A program made the translations under genes and the position numbers. Positions 61,246 through 64,000 of a stretch of DNA of 64,000 nt are shown one piece after another. Source of the DNA: an uncultured delta proteobacterium. Lineage in GTDB: Bacteria > Myxococcota_A > Polyangia > Polyangiales > Houyiibacteriaceae. Every line of letters begins with the position of its first letter. Within the stretch, counting starts at the first letter, position 1. The notes beneath the pieces were generated by a model. That model worked only from the letters and a program-made list of their open reading frames with translations, was not told where the DNA came from and did not search any database. Where the stretch lies: assembly GCA_963699755.1 (NCBI GenBank), contig CAVOVB010000001.1, positions 384,001 through 448,000 on the forward strand, written 5' to 3'.

Positions 61246-61283
61246 GAGCTCATCACCCAAAGGTCGCCGGTTCAAATCCGGCC
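61246..61283 (+). other. Degenerate tRNA-Met(CAT) 3' part
   Basis: GAGCTCATCACCCAAAGGTCGCCGGTTCAAATCCGGCC; no acceptor end. Confidence 0.6.
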
Positions 61284-61531
61284 TTTTCGGCACTTGCTGT
61301 CTCCTGCTGGCGAAAAACACGCTGCCAAAGCTGAGCTCGTTGAACGGCGTTCGGAAATGGGAAGCAGACGAAGGAGATCCGACCGACGTTGACGGAAGCG
61401 AAGGCCGATGGGAGGGCTAAGCACCAAGCCGTCGTGAGCCGACCGGGCACCCGAGTTGCTCGGCGAAAGCCCTCCCAGCCTCGTTGCCGGCGGCGTTAGT
61501 GCTGATTCGGGCGCATATGGGAGAGCTGGCA

Positions 61532-61632
61532 GATAGTCGATATGAACGCCTTTGAGGTTCACGTCCGGCGCGACATGAGATCTAGTACCGCGTAATTCAG
61601 ACTTCCGACTGGGCCCAATCGGCTAAGAGAGC
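61532..61632 (+). repeat. Dispersed repeat copy J (complete, uninterrupted)
   Basis: GATAGTCGATATGAACGCC..GGTTCACGTCCGGCGCGACATGA-GATCTAG-TACCGCGTAATTCAG..GGGCCCAATCGGCTAAGAGAGC. Confidence 0.8.
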
Positions 61633-61780
61633 GGGGCACCCCAGCGCCTCCGGTAGAGCTGGACCGATTCAGGAGTAGACGCGACCTGAATGTCGGTCGA
61701 AAAGCCCGGATAGCGGATGAATGGCGGTTGCATGCCGACGAGGTCGAAGTGCTCGACTACTATCCGTAAAGGAGAAAACA

Positions 61781-62449
61781 ATGCCAAAGAAAGTGCGGGA
61801 ACCCATGATCGTGCGCCAGATACTCGCTAGCTTTGCTGCTTTGTCGATTCTCGCTCCGAGCGTGTCGATCGCACAATCGCGAGACCAGGTTTCGGCGCAA
61901 GAAGAAGCGCAAGGAGTAGACGAAGAGGACCCCAAAGAAACCAAAGTCGGCATCGTCGAGCAAGAGGAGGAGCTCAAGAACGGACTGCTATTCGGCTTCT
62001 CGCACGCGTTTCGTCTCTCGCGAAACCGACAAGGCGCTGCTGCAAGCGAGTTGCGCGGCTCCGAAAACGTCTATGGCCTCCTGTTTGGCTACGAACGAAT
62101 CCTCCACCGCTCCCTCGCGCTCAGCGTCATCAAGCCCTTCTACTTCAACAGCAAGCGGGTCGATTCGTCGCTCGAGATCGTCTTGGCCGGCAAATACCGC
62201 AAAAACAGATGGGAGCCTTTCCTCGGAGCCGGAGTCGTCTCCACAATCAGCAGCGTCACCGAGGAACAAGGCGGGGAAAAGGTCGAGACGGTCGACTTTT
62301 CAGTGGGGCTTCTATTAATCGTGGGTTTCAAGTATTTCTTTTCGCCCAACTGGGCAATCGAGCTGGAGTTTGGCTACGAGCTCGCACCCAAGCGCACCAC
62401 CGTCGAGCACGCTTTCGCCGATTCGTACCAAGGTGCGTATTTCTTCTAA
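61781..62449 (+). CDS. Small outer-membrane beta-barrel protein
   Basis: AAGGAG RBS, signal peptide, EPFLGAG, GFKYFF, C-terminal YFF. Confidence 0.7.
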   Translation: MPKKVREPMIVRQILASFAALSILAPSVSIAQSRDQVSAQEEAQGVDEEDPKETKVGIVEQEEELKNGLLFGFSHAFRLSRNRQGAAASELRGSENVYGLLFGYERILHRSLALSVIKPFYFNSKRVDSSLEIVLAGKYRKNRWEPFLGAGVVSTISSVTEEQGGEKVETVDFSVGLLLIVGFKYFFSPNWAIELEFGYELAPKRTTVEHAFADSYQGAYFF

Positions 62450-62474
62450 GGGCCTCAGCAGTCTTGCAGAAGGA

Positions 62475-63969
62475 TGTACGTCATCAGAGTATTTCGGAGA
62501 AGAGGGCATGTTTGTTAAGAGACGGTTCGTGGTTTTGACCTAGGCCGCGTTTGCGGCCCGGTACTCCTTTTTGCGACGCTGCATCGTAAGCTGCTTGATC
62601 TTGTCCCGTTCGGATAGGACCCGGTGGCGCCGGCCGTAGTACACGTCGGCCGGCGTGCAGTTGTCGAGCGACTCGTGGTAGCGGCGATGGTTGTAGTAGG
62701 CGACGAAGTCGCGCACCGCTGCCTCCAGCTCCCACGGGAAGTAGTAGTGCTGTAGCTTCACGACGTTCTTCATCGAGCGGTGGTAGCGCTCGATCTTCCC
62801 CTGCGTTTGCGGGTGGTACGGGCGGCCTCGGGTGTGCGTCATGCCCTGCTCCTGCAGGTAGCTCTGCAAGTCCTTCGATACGTAGGCCGGTCCGTTGTCG
62901 CTCAGGGTCTCGGACGATGGCGCACTCGCACGCTCTGTACTCCGGTGAGCGCCAGTGCTTCGTCGAGCGTCTCGGTCACGTCCGTGGTCGCCATCGTCGG
63001 GCCCAGTTTGTAGGCGAGGATGAAGCGCGAGAAGTCATCCATCACCGTCGACAGGTAGTACCAGCCCCAGCCGACGACCCGCAGGTACGTGAAGTCGGTC
63101 TGCCACATCTCGTGTACCCGCTTGGTCGGATGCTTGAAGCGGTCCGACGCGCTCATCAGGACGTACGCCGGGCTCGTGATCAGATCGGCGGCCTTGAGGA
63201 TGCGGTAGACGCTCGATTCGCTCGGGAAATACTGGCGCTCATCGATGAAGTGGCACGCGAGCTCCCGGGCTGAAAGCTCCGTCTTTTTGAGGGCCAAATC
63301 GATCACCTCGGCCCGGACCTTCTCGGGGACTTGGTTCCATCTCGGACGCGGCGGCGGCGTCTTGTCTTGCAGGGCATCGAATCCACCGTCGACATACCGC
63401 TTGTACCGGCTGTAAGAGGTGCTCGATGGGATGCCAGTTGTCGCAGCGTGACCCGTACCGGCAAGTCGGTGCGCTCGGCCATGTCAATCAGCTCCATCTT
63501 CTCGGATGCACTGCGTCTCATGTGCCGTCCTTGTCGCCATGACCCATCAGACTTTTTTTGAGCACACGGTTCTTGAGCGTCATCTCCGCGACGACCTCCT
63601 TGAGCTCACTGTTTTCGGTTCGCAGGTTCTTGACCTCGGTGATCGTCGCCTCCCGCACCGTGTCGCCGCTCAGCTGCTTCTTACCGGCCTCCAGGAAGTC
63701 CTCGCTCCAGCGGTAGTACAGATTCGCGGCGATACCTTCGCGTCGGCACAACTCGGCCACGCTGACCTCACTGCGCAGGCCGTCGAGCACGATCCGGATC
63801 TTTTCTTCCGCAGAAAACCTCCGGCGCGTCTTGCGACGGATGTCACGCACGGCGGCCTCACTCGAAGCGTTTCTCTCTTCTCGGCATGGGACACTCCTCA
63901 GCAGGGCTCTCGCCCTCGGCACAGTGTCTCTTAACTCAGAGCCCTTTTGTCTCCGAGTTCTTCTGACGG
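62475..63969 (-). mobile_element. IS3-family element, full length but frameshifted (sister of 8597-9840)
   Basis: Same orfA/orfB and ends as 8597-9840; orfB broken into several frames. Confidence 0.92.
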
Positions 63970-64000
63970 GCTACAATCTCACTTCACCCCGACGATCGGC

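Overview
High-GC (about 60-65% by eye) bacterial accessory region. The Gly-rich lipoprotein leaders and gene content suggest Myxococcota/Polyangia (inference). It is a patchwork of intact modules: DabAB and SbtAB inorganic-carbon uptake, a norCBQD operon with a di-haem NorC, a Fur-boxed DUF4856-imelysin-HTTM-TonB-receptor-TonB cluster, and antiporters, CorA, MscS and Sua5. Between the modules lie gene relics and mobile elements: IS3 x3, IS4, IS110, IS1111 x2, IS1202-like, an IS91/ISCR fragment, two RAYT-like HUH transposases, and integrase relics with tRNA/tmRNA half-sites. The main unexplained structure is a dispersed ~100-bp repeat (about 10 full or partial copies, at module junctions). It joins an IS91/ISCR oriIS-like end, a dif/xrs-like site (consensus about CGCGACATAA-CATCTAG-TACCGCGAAAT) and a GAGCCC..GGCTAAGAG tail. 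One copy carries three different IS insertions, and the IS1111 seekRNA appears programmed against its core. Separately, an intact IS110 has a readable bridge RNA whose target guides spell the conserved C-Y-D-N-A codons of IS3 transposases, and it sits at exactly that site in an IS3. All family assignments come from motif recognition; no searches were run.
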